This document shows positions 35,768 to 45,489 of a stretch of DNA of 64,000 bases, piece by piece (positions within the stretch are counted from its first letter, which is position 1; every line of letters begins with the position of its first letter). Source of the stretch: an uncultured bacterium (GTDB lineage: Bacteria; Oederibacteriota; Oederibacteriia; Oederibacteriales; Oederibacteriaceae); NCBI GenBank assembly GCA_965112635.1, contig OZ218778.1, positions 96,001 to 160,000 on the forward strand. Direction: 5' to 3'. Under the pieces are notes generated by a model. The model did not search any database and had not been told where the DNA came from. It saw only the letters and a program-made list of their open reading frames with translations. Position numbers and translations under genes: made by a program.

Positions 35768-38215
35768 CTAGGACTTGATCCTCATCTTATAGAACGAACG
35801 CCATACAAAGGTCACCGACACCAAGAAAAAGCACAGGGCCACGACTAGCCTGGTCTGCTGGGGCAGGGTGATGGCCAGTTCCACAGCCAGTAAACCGAAC
35901 AGGGTCGTGAACTTGATGACCGGGTTCATGGCTACGGAAGAGGTATCCTTGAACGGGTCACCGACCGTATCGCCGACCACCGTGGCCGCGTGCAGCTCCG
36001 TCCCTTTTTGGTCCATATCCGTCTCCACGATCTTCTTGGCATTGTCCCACGCGCCGCCCGCGTTAGCCATAAAGATGGCCTGGTACAGGCCGAAGATGGC
36101 GATGGAGATCAGGTAGCCGATGAAGAAATAGGAGTCTAGGCAGGCGAACGCCAGCGTCCCGCAAAACACGGCGATAAAGATGTTGAACATGCCCTTTTGC
36201 GCGTACTTGGTGCATATCTCCACGACCTTCTTGGAATCGGTGATGGAGGCCTTCTGGGCTCCCTTGCCCAGATGGATATTGCGTTTGATGAACTCCACGG
36301 CCCGGAAAGCTCCGGTGGAGACCGCCTGCGTGGAAGCGCCGGTGAACCAGTAGATCATGGCGCCGCCGGTGATGAGTCCCAGCAGGAACATGGGGTTGTA
36401 AATGGAGAAATAGCTGGATGCGTTGGAGAGCGCCTGCTCCGTGATCTTCATCCCCTCCGTGTAATTGGGGGTCAGCTTGTTGGCCAGGAGCACCATGATG
36501 GAGAAGACCAGGGTGGTGGCTCCGACCACGGCCGTGCCGATCAAGACAGGCTTGGCGGTCGCCTTAAAGGTATTGCCCGCCCCGTCATTCTCTTCCAATA
36601 GCGCTTTTGCTCTCTTGAAGTTCGGGTCAAAACCGAAAGTTTTCTTGATATCGTTCTTGATATTTTTGATGGTCTCGATGGTGGACAGTTCGTACACGGA
36701 CTGCGCGTTGTCAGTGACCGGGCCGTAGGAATCCACGGCAATGGTCACCGGGCCCATGCCCAGGAAGCCAAAGGCCACCAGACCAAAAGCGAACACCGCC
36801 GGAGCGACCATCAGGGCCCCCAGGCCAAAAGTAGATACGCCATAGGCAATGGCCATCAGGATGACGATGGAAAGTCCTATATAGTAGGCCGAGAAGTTGC
36901 CGGCCACGAACCCGGACAGGATGGTGAGCGAAGGGCCGCCCTCCTGGGCCGACTCCACGACTTCTTGGACATGCCTGGACTTGGTGGAGGTGAACACCTT
37001 GACCAACTCGGGAATGATAGCTCCGGCCAGGGTACCGCAGGTGATGATACAGGACAGTTTCCACCACAGGGTCCCGTCCCCGAGATTGGGGATGAGCAGG
37101 CTGGAAACCCAGAAGGTCATGCCCACTGAAATAAGGGAAGTGATCCAAACCAGCGAGGTCAGAGGGGACTCAAAGTTCATCTCGTCGCTGTTCTTATAGC
37201 GGGCCATGGCCAGGACCTCGTTGACGCCATAAGCCACTCCTGAGGTCACGATCATCATGACGCGCATGACAAAGATCCACACCAGCAGCTGCAGCTGGAC
37301 CATAGGGTCCGCGACGGCCAGCAGGATAAAGGTGATCAGGGCCACGCCAGTGACGCCGTAGGTTTCAAAGCCGTCGGCCGTGGGGCCCACAGAATCGCCC
37401 GCGTTGTCGCCCGTGCAGTCGGCGATAACACCGGGGTTGCGCGCGTCGTCTTCTTTGATCTTGAACACGATCTTCATCAGGTCTGAGCCGATATCCGCGA
37501 TCTTGGTAAAGATACCGCCCGCGATCCTGAGGGCTGCTGCGCCCAGGGACTCGCCGATGGCGAAACCGATGAAGCAGAATCCGGCCAGGTCGCCGGGAAT
37601 GACCAGCAGGATGAACAAGAGGATGATCAATTCAATGGAGATCAGGAGCATGCCGATGGAAATGCCAGACTTTAAAGGGATGGAATAGGCCGGGAACGGC
37701 TTGCCTTTAAGTGCGGCAAAGGCTGTGCGGGAGTTGGCAAAAGTATTGATCCGGATGCCGAACCACGCCACAGTGATGGACCCAGCGATACCCACCAGGC
37801 TGAATCCCAGGATGATGAGCATGTTGAGCGTCCCTACGGGTTTAAGCCAGCCGAAATAGATCCCTATGACCACCCCGATGAACACCCACAGGAGCAGGAT
37901 GAACTTGATCTGCGTGAGCAGATATGTTTTGCAGGTCTCGTAGATCAGCTCTGAGATGTCTTTCATGGACTGATGGACCGGCAGGCTCCTCAGGTAAAGG
38001 TACATCACCAGGCCGAACAGCATGCCCAGGACGCACACGCCCATCCCCCACTGCAGGATGGTCGCCCCCGGGGTGCCCATAAAACTGACCAGCCCCAGGT
38101 CCGGGATCTTCAGGTCCGCCTCGCTCGCGAACGCTGGCATAGCTAAAAGGCTGATGGCCAATGTTGATACTATCGCGGCCAAAGCCCTTTGGAACCACTT
38201 AAAGCTTTTAACCAT
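35768..38215 (-). CDS. hppA: Membrane-bound ion-translocating pyrophosphatase (divergent type)
   Basis: GGIFTKIADIGSDL, EDDARNPGVIADCTGDNAGD, DSYGPVTDNA, GNTFKATAK, GGAWDNAKK, GDTVGDPFKDT. Confidence 0.93.
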   Translation of the reverse strand: MVKSFKWFQRALAAIVSTLAISLLAMPAFASEADLKIPDLGLVSFMGTPGATILQWGMGVCVLGMLFGLVMYLYLRSLPVHQSMKDISELIYETCKTYLLTQIKFILLLWVFIGVVIGIYFGWLKPVGTLNMLIILGFSLVGIAGSITVAWFGIRINTFANSRTAFAALKGKPFPAYSIPLKSGISIGMLLISIELIILLFILLVIPGDLAGFCFIGFAIGESLGAAALRIAGGIFTKIADIGSDLMKIVFKIKEDDARNPGVIADCTGDNAGDSVGPTADGFETYGVTGVALITFILLAVADPMVQLQLLVWIFVMRVMMIVTSGVAYGVNEVLAMARYKNSDEMNFESPLTSLVWITSLISVGMTFWVSSLLIPNLGDGTLWWKLSCIITCGTLAGAIIPELVKVFTSTKSRHVQEVVESAQEGGPSLTILSGFVAGNFSAYYIGLSIVILMAIAYGVSTFGLGALMVAPAVFAFGLVAFGFLGMGPVTIAVDSYGPVTDNAQSVYELSTIETIKNIKNDIKKTFGFDPNFKRAKALLEENDGAGNTFKATAKPVLIGTAVVGATTLVFSIMVLLANKLTPNYTEGMKITEQALSNASSYFSIYNPMFLLGLITGGAMIYWFTGASTQAVSTGAFRAVEFIKRNIHLGKGAQKASITDSKKVVEICTKYAQKGMFNIFIAVFCGTLAFACLDSYFFIGYLISIAIFGLYQAIFMANAGGAWDNAKKIVETDMDQKGTELHAATVVGDTVGDPFKDTSSVAMNPVIKFTTLFGLLAVELAITLPQQTRLVVALCFFLVSVTFVWRSFYKMRIKS

Positions 38216-38290
38216 TGTTCCTCCTTAAAATAGTTTTCCTCCGGTCCAATAAAGGGAGGGGTATACTTTTATGAAAACAACGAAAACATT

Positions 38291-38319
38291 ACTATAGAAT
38301 TATCCGTTTGAGCTGTCAA
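38291..38319 (-). promoter_or_regulatory. Near-consensus sigma70 promoter of hppA
   Basis: TTGACA-N17-TATAGT. Confidence 0.7.
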
Positions 38320-38434
38320 TAACGGCTGACCCTCTAAAAGAAACAGGTTGGCCGCATGATTCATGCAATTTTTTACAACAGACGCGCTTTAAAACTTGTT
38401 ATGGATCAATGTGATATTTGTAAAAAAGAGGCCA

Positions 38435-39004
38435 TTATTTCTGGTTCGGCGTCTCGGTGACCCGTGGAAGCGCGGGCGGTATCTTGGCCTTGCGGACCAA
38501 CTCGATGGCTTTTTCAGCCAGCGGATCCCCCATCGTTTCAGCATGGTAAAGGTCCTCCAACGCTGTCTTCTTATTATGCTTGTCCAGCTGGAATTCGGCG
38601 ATCCCACGCTTTAAATAAGCCGCGGCAAAACCAGGGTTGAGCTGGATCACCTTGCTCAGGTCTTTGATGGCTGCGGCGCAGTTGCCCGCGGCACAGTTGA
38701 GGGCTCCCCGGGCGAAATAAGCATCGGCGTTGTCCGGGGCGAATTCCACGGCCTTGTTATAGTCCGCAATGGCGCCTTTAATGTCAGCCAGGTCTTCCCG
38801 GGCCAGCCCGCGCTTGAGATATATAGCGCCATCTTGAGGGTCTTGAGCAAGGGCCTTGGTGCATTCATCGATCACTCTTTGATGTTCCTGGTAGGCGGCG
38901 GTGCTGGTGACCCCGTTGTATCCGGTGGCCGGTTTCGCAGCCTGGCTGATAGCGCTGAGAAACACCACGCAACAAAAGAAGACCGAACACAATATTTTTT
39001 TCAT
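38435..39004 (-). CDS. Exported TPR protein
   Basis: Signal peptide plus ~3 TPRs (YLKRG..AIADYNKAVEFAP). Confidence 0.85.
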   Translation of the reverse strand: MKKILCSVFFCCVVFLSAISQAAKPATGYNGVTSTAAYQEHQRVIDECTKALAQDPQDGAIYLKRGLAREDLADIKGAIADYNKAVEFAPDNADAYFARGALNCAAGNCAAAIKDLSKVIQLNPGFAAAYLKRGIAEFQLDKHNKKTALEDLYHAETMGDPLAEKAIELVRKAKIPPALPRVTETPNQK

Positions 39005-39066
39005 CAGCTTTCCCCTTTCGTTCAGGAACTATTGAGAGGATATTATACCACCCTCATCCACCCTGG

Positions 39067-39534
39067 TCATCCAAGGCAGGCTGGGGATATGATTTTCAAG
39101 GCCTGTCCCTTGGGTTTGAACACTATACGCCTCTTTTTTTCAGATATATGGGTGAATTCTATCTTAAGATAGTCCTTGGGCCAGGCCTCCTTTATCTTTT
39201 CGGCCCATTCGATGACGCAGACCCCTTCCCCAAAAAGGTATTCATCCAGGCCTATCCCCTCAACCTGCCGGACATTATCCAACCTGTAGAGGTCCAGGTG
39301 GTACAGGGGTATCCTGCCCTGGTAGGGCTGCATCAGCACAAAGGTCGGGCTGGTCACCTGCTCCTTGACCCCCAAACCCTTGGCCAGACCCTGGGTAAAA
39401 ACGGTCTTGCCCGCTCCCAGGTCGCCGATGAGCAGGACCACGCTGCCTTGTGGAAGCGTCTTCCCCAGCTCCTCGCCCAGCTTAAAGGTCTGCTGGCGGC
39501 TTTTCAAAATGATTTTCTTTTCTTTGTGTCGCAT
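39067..39534 (-). CDS. tsaE: tRNA t6A biosynthesis ATPase TsaE
   Basis: GDLGAGKT, SPTF, HLDLYRL, IEW. Confidence 0.96.
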   Translation of the reverse strand: MRHKEKKIILKSRQQTFKLGEELGKTLPQGSVVLLIGDLGAGKTVFTQGLAKGLGVKEQVTSPTFVLMQPYQGRIPLYHLDLYRLDNVRQVEGIGLDEYLFGEGVCVIEWAEKIKEAWPKDYLKIEFTHISEKKRRIVFKPKGQALKIISPACLG

Positions 39535-39535
39535 C

Positions 39536-40783
39536 TTAATCTTCCTCTGCCCGGGCCTGGAGCGATTTCAGCTGGACCAGTTCCGGCCACTTTTTCCCCA
39601 CGGCTCCCACGACCAGCATGGTGGCCACCCCGCCGCCCACCACCGAAATGACCGGGCCGAAAAGCCAGGCCGTCAGCCCGGACTCGAACCAGCCCAGCTC
39701 ATTGGAAATGCTGATGAACATATTGTTGACCGCCTGCACCCTGCCTCTCATGGCATCCGGGGTCCTGACCATGACCAGGGTATGCCGGACCACCACGCTG
39801 ATATTATCCATGCCTCCCACAATGGCCAGCAGCACCAGGGAAAACCAGAAGGTATGGGACATCCCAAATCCTATCGTAGCCACTCCAAATCCAGCCACGG
39901 CAATGAACAAAGCTTTGCCGGCTTGTTTCAAAATAGGGTATCTCGATAAGAACCATATCATGACCATGGCTCCGACGGAGGGGGCCGCCCTGAGCCATCC
40001 CAGGCCAGCCGGCCCCACCTGCAGGATATCCTTGGCGTAAATGGGCAGAAGCGCCACGGCCCCGCCGAACAGGACCGCGAACAGGTCCAGGGTCATTACG
40101 CTCAGCAGGATGGGATGGGTCCAGACAAATCGCACTCCTCCCGCCAAGGAATGCAAGGTGACTTTTTTCACGGCAACCTTTGTCTGCCTGACCCGTATCC
40201 CCGCCAGGAATAAGCAATAACACAAGATGGCCAGCATGGTAAACCCATAAACATAGGTTGACCCGGCCAATACGGCGATGAGCCAGCCTCCCAGGGCCGG
40301 TCCGATGACCGTCCCCACCTGCCAGCTGCTGCTTTGCCAGGTGGCGGCGTTGGCAAAATGTTTTAAGGGGAGCATCATGGGGACCAGGGTAGCTGTGGAC
40401 GGAGTGATAAACGCGCTGGCCATGGCATTAAAAAATAGGATCAGGTAAAAGTAAGGCACCGGACCCTTGTTCAAAGAGACCAGCAAAAGGGCCAGGGAAC
40501 AAAGCGCCTGGGCGATCAGGCCCAGGATTGCCACCTTTTTCCTGTTAAAGCGGTCAGCCGTATGCCCGGCAGGCAAGGCCAGCAGGATGATGGGGACGAC
40601 CTGGACCAGCCCCAGCCAGGCCAGCACCATGGCTGAGTGGGTCCGTTCATAAAGCTCCCAGCTGATGGCTACGGCCTGCATCTGCCCGCCAATGACCTGA
40701 ATAAGCCTGCCAATAAAATAAAGCCGGTAGGACGAATACCTGAACGCGGCATAAGGGTCCTGGGTTGTTTTGTTTCCCATCAT
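39536..40783 (-). CDS. MFS transporter (EntS/DHA3-like)
   Basis: ~12 TM; GHTADRFNRKK motif A; TPDAMRGRV. Confidence 0.88.
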   Translation of the reverse strand: MMGNKTTQDPYAAFRYSSYRLYFIGRLIQVIGGQMQAVAISWELYERTHSAMVLAWLGLVQVVPIILLALPAGHTADRFNRKKVAILGLIAQALCSLALLLVSLNKGPVPYFYLILFFNAMASAFITPSTATLVPMMLPLKHFANAATWQSSSWQVGTVIGPALGGWLIAVLAGSTYVYGFTMLAILCYCLFLAGIRVRQTKVAVKKVTLHSLAGGVRFVWTHPILLSVMTLDLFAVLFGGAVALLPIYAKDILQVGPAGLGWLRAAPSVGAMVMIWFLSRYPILKQAGKALFIAVAGFGVATIGFGMSHTFWFSLVLLAIVGGMDNISVVVRHTLVMVRTPDAMRGRVQAVNNMFISISNELGWFESGLTAWLFGPVISVVGGGVATMLVVGAVGKKWPELVQLKSLQARAEED

Positions 40784-40789
40784 CTCCTC

Positions 40790-41773
40790 TTAAAAATGCC
40801 GGTAGCCTTTGGGTTTCAGGGGCAGGTTTTTTAGTCCCGAGGTCATCAATCTTATTCCCTGCCTGGCCGGGATGATCCTGCCAATACAGGAAACTGGTAC
40901 CTGCCCTATTTTCTTCGGAACCTTGCCGAAAGACGCGGTGAAAACAAGTTCGTATTCTTCCCCGCCGTTCACGGCCCAGTCCAAAGCAGATTTTCTGGCT
41001 TTTTTAGCCAGGGTCACGGCTGGCTGAAACACGGGCACGACTCCTTCCAGGAGCAGGGCGCCGACCTTGCTTTCCTGGCAGATATGGTGTACTTCGCTGG
41101 CCAGGCCGTCACTGATATCCATCATGGCGTGCACGGCTTTTGTCTTCATGAGCGCCAATGACTCTTTGACCCGGGCTTGAGGAACAAGATGCCTTTTCTT
41201 TAACTCCCTAGCCGACCTGCCATCTATTTTTATTTTCCGGTTCTGCAGTAAAAAAAGCCCGGCTGCTGACCCGCCTAATGCTCCGGTGACAAAAATACCG
41301 TCCCCGACTTTGGCGCCTGAACGCAGGGCCGTGCCATAAGGCCCAGCCTCGCCCAAAACCGTCACATCCAGCACCACCTTGGAGCTTTTGACCGTGTCTC
41401 CGCCGACCAAAACTGCCCCGTATTTCTTGCAGGCCAGCTTGACACCCTTGTAAACACTGTCAAAAAATCTGACCGGCAAATCCCGGCAGCCCAGCGAAAC
41501 CACACAAAACCTGGGCACTCCTCCCATGGCGGCGATGTCGCTGATGGCCGTAGTAACCGCCTTGGCTCCCACCTCAAAAGGGGTGGCAGTTTTTAGGGAG
41601 AAATGGACATCCTCCACCGACATATCGCAGGTCAAAAGGATTTTCTTTGTTCCAAATCCTTTGAGCACAGCCGCATCATCCCCGATGCCGGTCAGCACAC
41701 CCTTGGTTCTTTTGGGCGCGCCCTTTTTCAGCCGGTCGATGAGACCAAACTCTCCTAACTTACCCAATTTCAT
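40790..41773 (-). CDS. thiL: Thiamine-monophosphate kinase
   Basis: GEFGLI, GIGDDAAV, SDIAAMGG, GGDT, DISDGL, GGEEYEL. Confidence 0.95.
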   Translation of the reverse strand: MKLGKLGEFGLIDRLKKGAPKRTKGVLTGIGDDAAVLKGFGTKKILLTCDMSVEDVHFSLKTATPFEVGAKAVTTAISDIAAMGGVPRFCVVSLGCRDLPVRFFDSVYKGVKLACKKYGAVLVGGDTVKSSKVVLDVTVLGEAGPYGTALRSGAKVGDGIFVTGALGGSAAGLFLLQNRKIKIDGRSARELKKRHLVPQARVKESLALMKTKAVHAMMDISDGLASEVHHICQESKVGALLLEGVVPVFQPAVTLAKKARKSALDWAVNGGEEYELVFTASFGKVPKKIGQVPVSCIGRIIPARQGIRLMTSGLKNLPLKPKGYRHF

Positions 41774-41943
41774 ATGGGACTTCCTTCTAATAAAATCATT
41801 ACCATCCCCTGCCCTGAGCAGCGTCGAAGGGTTCTCCTATTTGCGAAAGCTTCACAATCCCCACTCCTTTGCAGAATTCCTCGTAACATAACCAGTATAG
41901 GAAAAAAACAGCTGTTTCTAAAGTAAAGAATAGTTATCGGGAA

Positions 41944-42063
41944 GCGCCTAGAACACCACGGGCAAAGCCCGTGGATGAATAGGCGCAGGTGTAATAAATA
42001 CAATCCTCTCCGAGAGGATTCCAAAGGAGGATACTCCTTTGGTCAGCCAGCGTAGCTGGCTGA
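41944..42063. other. Intergenic cluster of perfect hairpins
   Basis: gcgccta..ccacgggc-aaa-gcccgtgg..taggcgc; aatcctctc-c-gagaggatt; ccaaaggag-gata-ctcctttgg; tcagccagc-gta-gctggctga. Confidence 0.8.
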
Positions 42064-42125
42064 ATGTTTTAGTGTCTAACTTTTGTTATAATCCTTATCA
42101 ATCAATTTCTCAAAAGGACAAAAAC

Positions 42126-43352
42126 TTGGATTTAAAAAGCAAAGAAATCGTTATTTTACGTGACTTGGCCAAGAGGGTGGCCGAGATCGCCGCACTGCCG
42201 GAGCAGGATATCAAAAGAAAGCTCTGGTACCAGCACAACGCTTTAAAGTCTGAAAAGGTCATGGTGCTTTGTTTTCCTGAGAACGGCTGGGCTGAACTGC
42301 TCCCGGACAGTGTGTTGCAGACCAAGGATCCCCTGTTTCGGGAAATGGAAAATAACCTGCGTATGAATATCTATATGCATGAACATATCCACGACGACAA
42401 TGTCCTGGATAATTTTTATGACCTAAATTATGTTTATGAGCGTAGCGATTACGGCCTGACCATGAAGAAGATCAAGAGCACCATGGAAACAGGCTCCTAC
42501 ACCTGGGAAGCCCCCCTGAAAGACCTGGAAGATATTGAGAAGCTTAAACCTTGCACCATCACCATTGACCAGGCCAAGACCAAAGAACGAATAGAACTGG
42601 CCCAGGAAGTGTTCGGAGATATTTTAAAAGTACGCCTCAAGGGCGGCTTTTTCTGGGGAGTGGGCCTGACCTGGAAACTGATCGACTTGCGCGGTTTGGA
42701 ACAAGTCATGATCGATCTCTCGGAGAACAGCGAGTGGCTGCACCGGGTCATGCAGTTCCTCCAAAAGAACATGATGCAGGAGCTGAATTTTTATGAAAAA
42801 AACAACCTGCTCAGCTTGAACAACGACAACGATTACGTGGGCTCTGGAGGACTTGGTTTTACCCACGAACTGCCGCAGGATGATTTTAACGGCCGGGTGA
42901 GATTAAAAGATATGTGGGGTTTCGCCGAGGCCCAGCCTCTAACCGGCGTCTCGCCCCGGATGCTGGATGAGTTTTCCCTGCAGTACGAACTGCCTTTGCT
43001 GGCCCGGTTCGGCCTGAACTGCTACGGCTGCTGCGAACCTCTGGACAAAAAATACAGCCTGGTCAAAAAGGTCCCTAATCTGCGCCGCGTCTCGGTCTCG
43101 CCTTTTGCCGATGTCGAGATCGCAGCCAGGGAATTGCAGGACAAATACATCTTTTCCTGGAAACCCTCGCCCACGGACATGGCCAATCCCCATTTTGACG
43201 AGCGGAAGATAAGGGAATACATCCAGCGGACGCTGGACATCGCCAAAGGCTGTGTCCTGGAGATAGTCCTAAAAGACCTGACCACGGTAAACCATGACCC
43301 CAGCCGCATTGACCGCTGGACCTCCATAGCCAAGGAGCTCACCAAAGGATAA
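42126..43352 (+). CDS. Uroporphyrinogen decarboxylase/MtaA-like TIM-barrel protein, unknown substrate
   Basis: LRGLEQVMIDL..WLHRVM, GVSPRMLDEF, YGCCEPL, RRVSVSP, FSWKP; start moved to TTG 42126 (AAAGGA RBS, TGnTATAAT upstream). Confidence 0.65.
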   Translation: MDLKSKEIVILRDLAKRVAEIAALPEQDIKRKLWYQHNALKSEKVMVLCFPENGWAELLPDSVLQTKDPLFREMENNLRMNIYMHEHIHDDNVLDNFYDLNYVYERSDYGLTMKKIKSTMETGSYTWEAPLKDLEDIEKLKPCTITIDQAKTKERIELAQEVFGDILKVRLKGGFFWGVGLTWKLIDLRGLEQVMIDLSENSEWLHRVMQFLQKNMMQELNFYEKNNLLSLNNDNDYVGSGGLGFTHELPQDDFNGRVRLKDMWGFAEAQPLTGVSPRMLDEFSLQYELPLLARFGLNCYGCCEPLDKKYSLVKKVPNLRRVSVSPFADVEIAARELQDKYIFSWKPSPTDMANPHFDERKIREYIQRTLDIAKGCVLEIVLKDLTTVNHDPSRIDRWTSIAKELTKG

Positions 43353-43420
43353 GTTCCCCCTCCTTTGCAACTCTTTTTGGGCCCAATTGGGACAGAATAT
43401 AAATTAAATAAGGAGATCGC

Positions 43421-44818
43421 TTGAAAGACTTTACCAAGGGAAATATTTTCCAGCAGTTGGTCGAATTTTCCATCCCCATGCTCCTGGCCAACCTGCTGCA
43501 GGCGGCCTACTCCATCGTCGACGCCATCTGGGTGGGCCGCTTGATCGGCTATGAAGCTTTTGCCGCGGTGAGCGTGACCATGCCACTGGTGTTTTTCCTG
43601 GTCTCGGCCGTCATCGGCATGACCATGTCCACCAACATCCTGATCGGACAGGCCTATGGTTCCCGCAACTTCGCCTACATGAAAAAGGTCCTGAGCAATT
43701 CCTTCATCTCCACCATGCTTATCGCCCTGGTCATCTCGGTTTTGAGCATCGTCTTTACGGGACCCCTGCTCCACTTGCTCAACACCCCCGAAAAGCTCAA
43801 GCCCTACGCCCACACATTTTTTCTCATCGCCGTGTCCGGGCTGGTCTTTTCCTTCGGTTACAACTGGTTTGGCGCGGTCATGCGGGGACTGGGCGACTCC
43901 AAGACCCCGCTCATCCTGCTCGTGTATTCCACGGCCCTCAACATCCTGTTCGTGCCCATCCTCATCCTGGGGTTTGGGCCTATCCCGCCCCTGGGCGTGG
44001 CTGGCGCGGCCCTGGGCACGGTCATCTCCAGCTTTCTCATCCTGGTTTGGGCCTATGTTTTCGTCCTAAGAAAGCACCCGGTGCTCAATGCGCATAACTG
44101 GGATTTCACCCCGGACTGGACCATCATCCGCAAAATATTTTCTATCGGCATCCCCATCTCCTTCCAGATGTCCATCGTCTCCCTGAGCGGCCTGTTCATC
44201 GTGTCCCTGGTCAACACCTTTGGGCCGGCTGTGGCCGCGGCCTACGGCATCGGCATGCGCCTGGACCAACTCGCCATCCTGCCGGCCATGGCTATCGGCA
44301 TGAGCGTCTCCTCCATGGTCGCCCAGAACCTCGGGGCCAAAGAGCACGGCCGGGTCAAGGAACTGGTCCGGCTCTCCCTGCTCACCGCGCTTGGCCTGTC
44401 CACCCTGTTTTTTGGCATCATCTACGGTTTCCCCCGCCTCATCGCCTCGGTTTTCACGCGTGAACTGCCTGTCGTGGACCTGACCGTGGACTATATCCGC
44501 ATCGTGGCCTTTACCTATTTCACTTTTTCAGTAATGAATGTACTGCAGAGCATCGTGCGCGGGGCCGGAGACACTTTTTACATGATGGTCTTTTCGCTCG
44601 TTGGGCTCATCATTGTCCGCTATCCGCTGGCCTTGTGGCTGTCCAAAACAGCTCTGCAGGAAAGGGGTATCTGGCTGGGTATTCTACTCTCCACCGTGGT
44701 CGGTCTGACCATGAATTACCTTTATTATCGGAGCGGGCGCTGGAAACGGCTGACCATCCTGCCCAAAATGCCTCCGCAAACAGCCCTGGAACGGGAAATC
44801 GAAGAAAATATCGTATAG
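43421..44818 (+). CDS. MATE family efflux transporter
   Basis: DFTKGNI..FSIPMLLANLLQ..VDAIWVG, RGLGDSKTPL, AQNLGA. Confidence 0.93.
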   Translation: MKDFTKGNIFQQLVEFSIPMLLANLLQAAYSIVDAIWVGRLIGYEAFAAVSVTMPLVFFLVSAVIGMTMSTNILIGQAYGSRNFAYMKKVLSNSFISTMLIALVISVLSIVFTGPLLHLLNTPEKLKPYAHTFFLIAVSGLVFSFGYNWFGAVMRGLGDSKTPLILLVYSTALNILFVPILILGFGPIPPLGVAGAALGTVISSFLILVWAYVFVLRKHPVLNAHNWDFTPDWTIIRKIFSIGIPISFQMSIVSLSGLFIVSLVNTFGPAVAAAYGIGMRLDQLAILPAMAIGMSVSSMVAQNLGAKEHGRVKELVRLSLLTALGLSTLFFGIIYGFPRLIASVFTRELPVVDLTVDYIRIVAFTYFTFSVMNVLQSIVRGAGDTFYMMVFSLVGLIIVRYPLALWLSKTALQERGIWLGILLSTVVGLTMNYLYYRSGRWKRLTILPKMPPQTALEREIEENIV

Positions 44819-44884
44819 AAGGAATTAACTGCGTATTAGGGATATAATTTGCACTACTAATTCGTGGAGGGGAGGCCGTCACCC

Positions 44885-45412
44885 ATGTTCACCCTGAACA
44901 CCCGCAACTTCATCATCATCCTTGTGGTCCTTCTGGGCCTTTTGGCGTATATGGTCATGCACCGCCCGGCATCTAACAGCGCTCCCCCTGCTGCCGGGAC
45001 GACAGCTGGCTCCGGTTTTGTGGACATCGACAGCAGACCCTTGGTCCTGGACGGCTGCAAAGGAAAGGTTTTGATCGTGGATTTTTGGGCCACCTGGTGC
45101 GGCCCCTGCAGGCGCGAGCTCCCTAATGTCATCGGCATCTATAACAAATACCATTCCCAAGGCTTGGATATCACGGGCGTCAGCGCAGACAATATGCCCA
45201 GGGAAGAATTCAGGGCTTGGCTTCAGCAAGCCGGTATCGGCTGGCCTCAATATTGGGACGGTCTGGGCTGGGGCAACAAGGTCTTCGCGCAATACGGCAT
45301 CCGGTCCATCCCCGCCACTTTCATCTACGACCGGCAGGGTAAGCTGGCCGCCCAAAATCTGCGTGGCCCTGACCTGGAAGCCAAAGTCGCCGAGCTGCTC
45401 GGTTCACACTAA
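44885..45412 (+). CDS. TlpA-family thioredoxin, membrane-anchored
   Basis: GKVLIVDFWATWCGPC, YGIRSIPATFIYDRQG. Confidence 0.9.
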   Translation: MFTLNTRNFIIILVVLLGLLAYMVMHRPASNSAPPAAGTTAGSGFVDIDSRPLVLDGCKGKVLIVDFWATWCGPCRRELPNVIGIYNKYHSQGLDITGVSADNMPREEFRAWLQQAGIGWPQYWDGLGWGNKVFAQYGIRSIPATFIYDRQGKLAAQNLRGPDLEAKVAELLGSH

Positions 45413-45425
45413 AGTGAAATTGAAA

Positions 45426-45455
45426 ACACCGCAAACCCCTGCGGTTTTGCGGTGT
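45426..45455. terminator. Hairpin between convergent genes
   Basis: acaccgcaaa...tttgcggtgt. Confidence 0.5.
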
Positions 45456-45489
45456 AGTAGGCTGCTAAAGGACCCTGTATTTAAGTTTT

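Noticed and set aside
42039-42125. N-terminal extension of ORF 42039-43352
   Set aside because: It overlaps the hairpin cluster and a likely -10 element; TTG 42126 has a better RBS.
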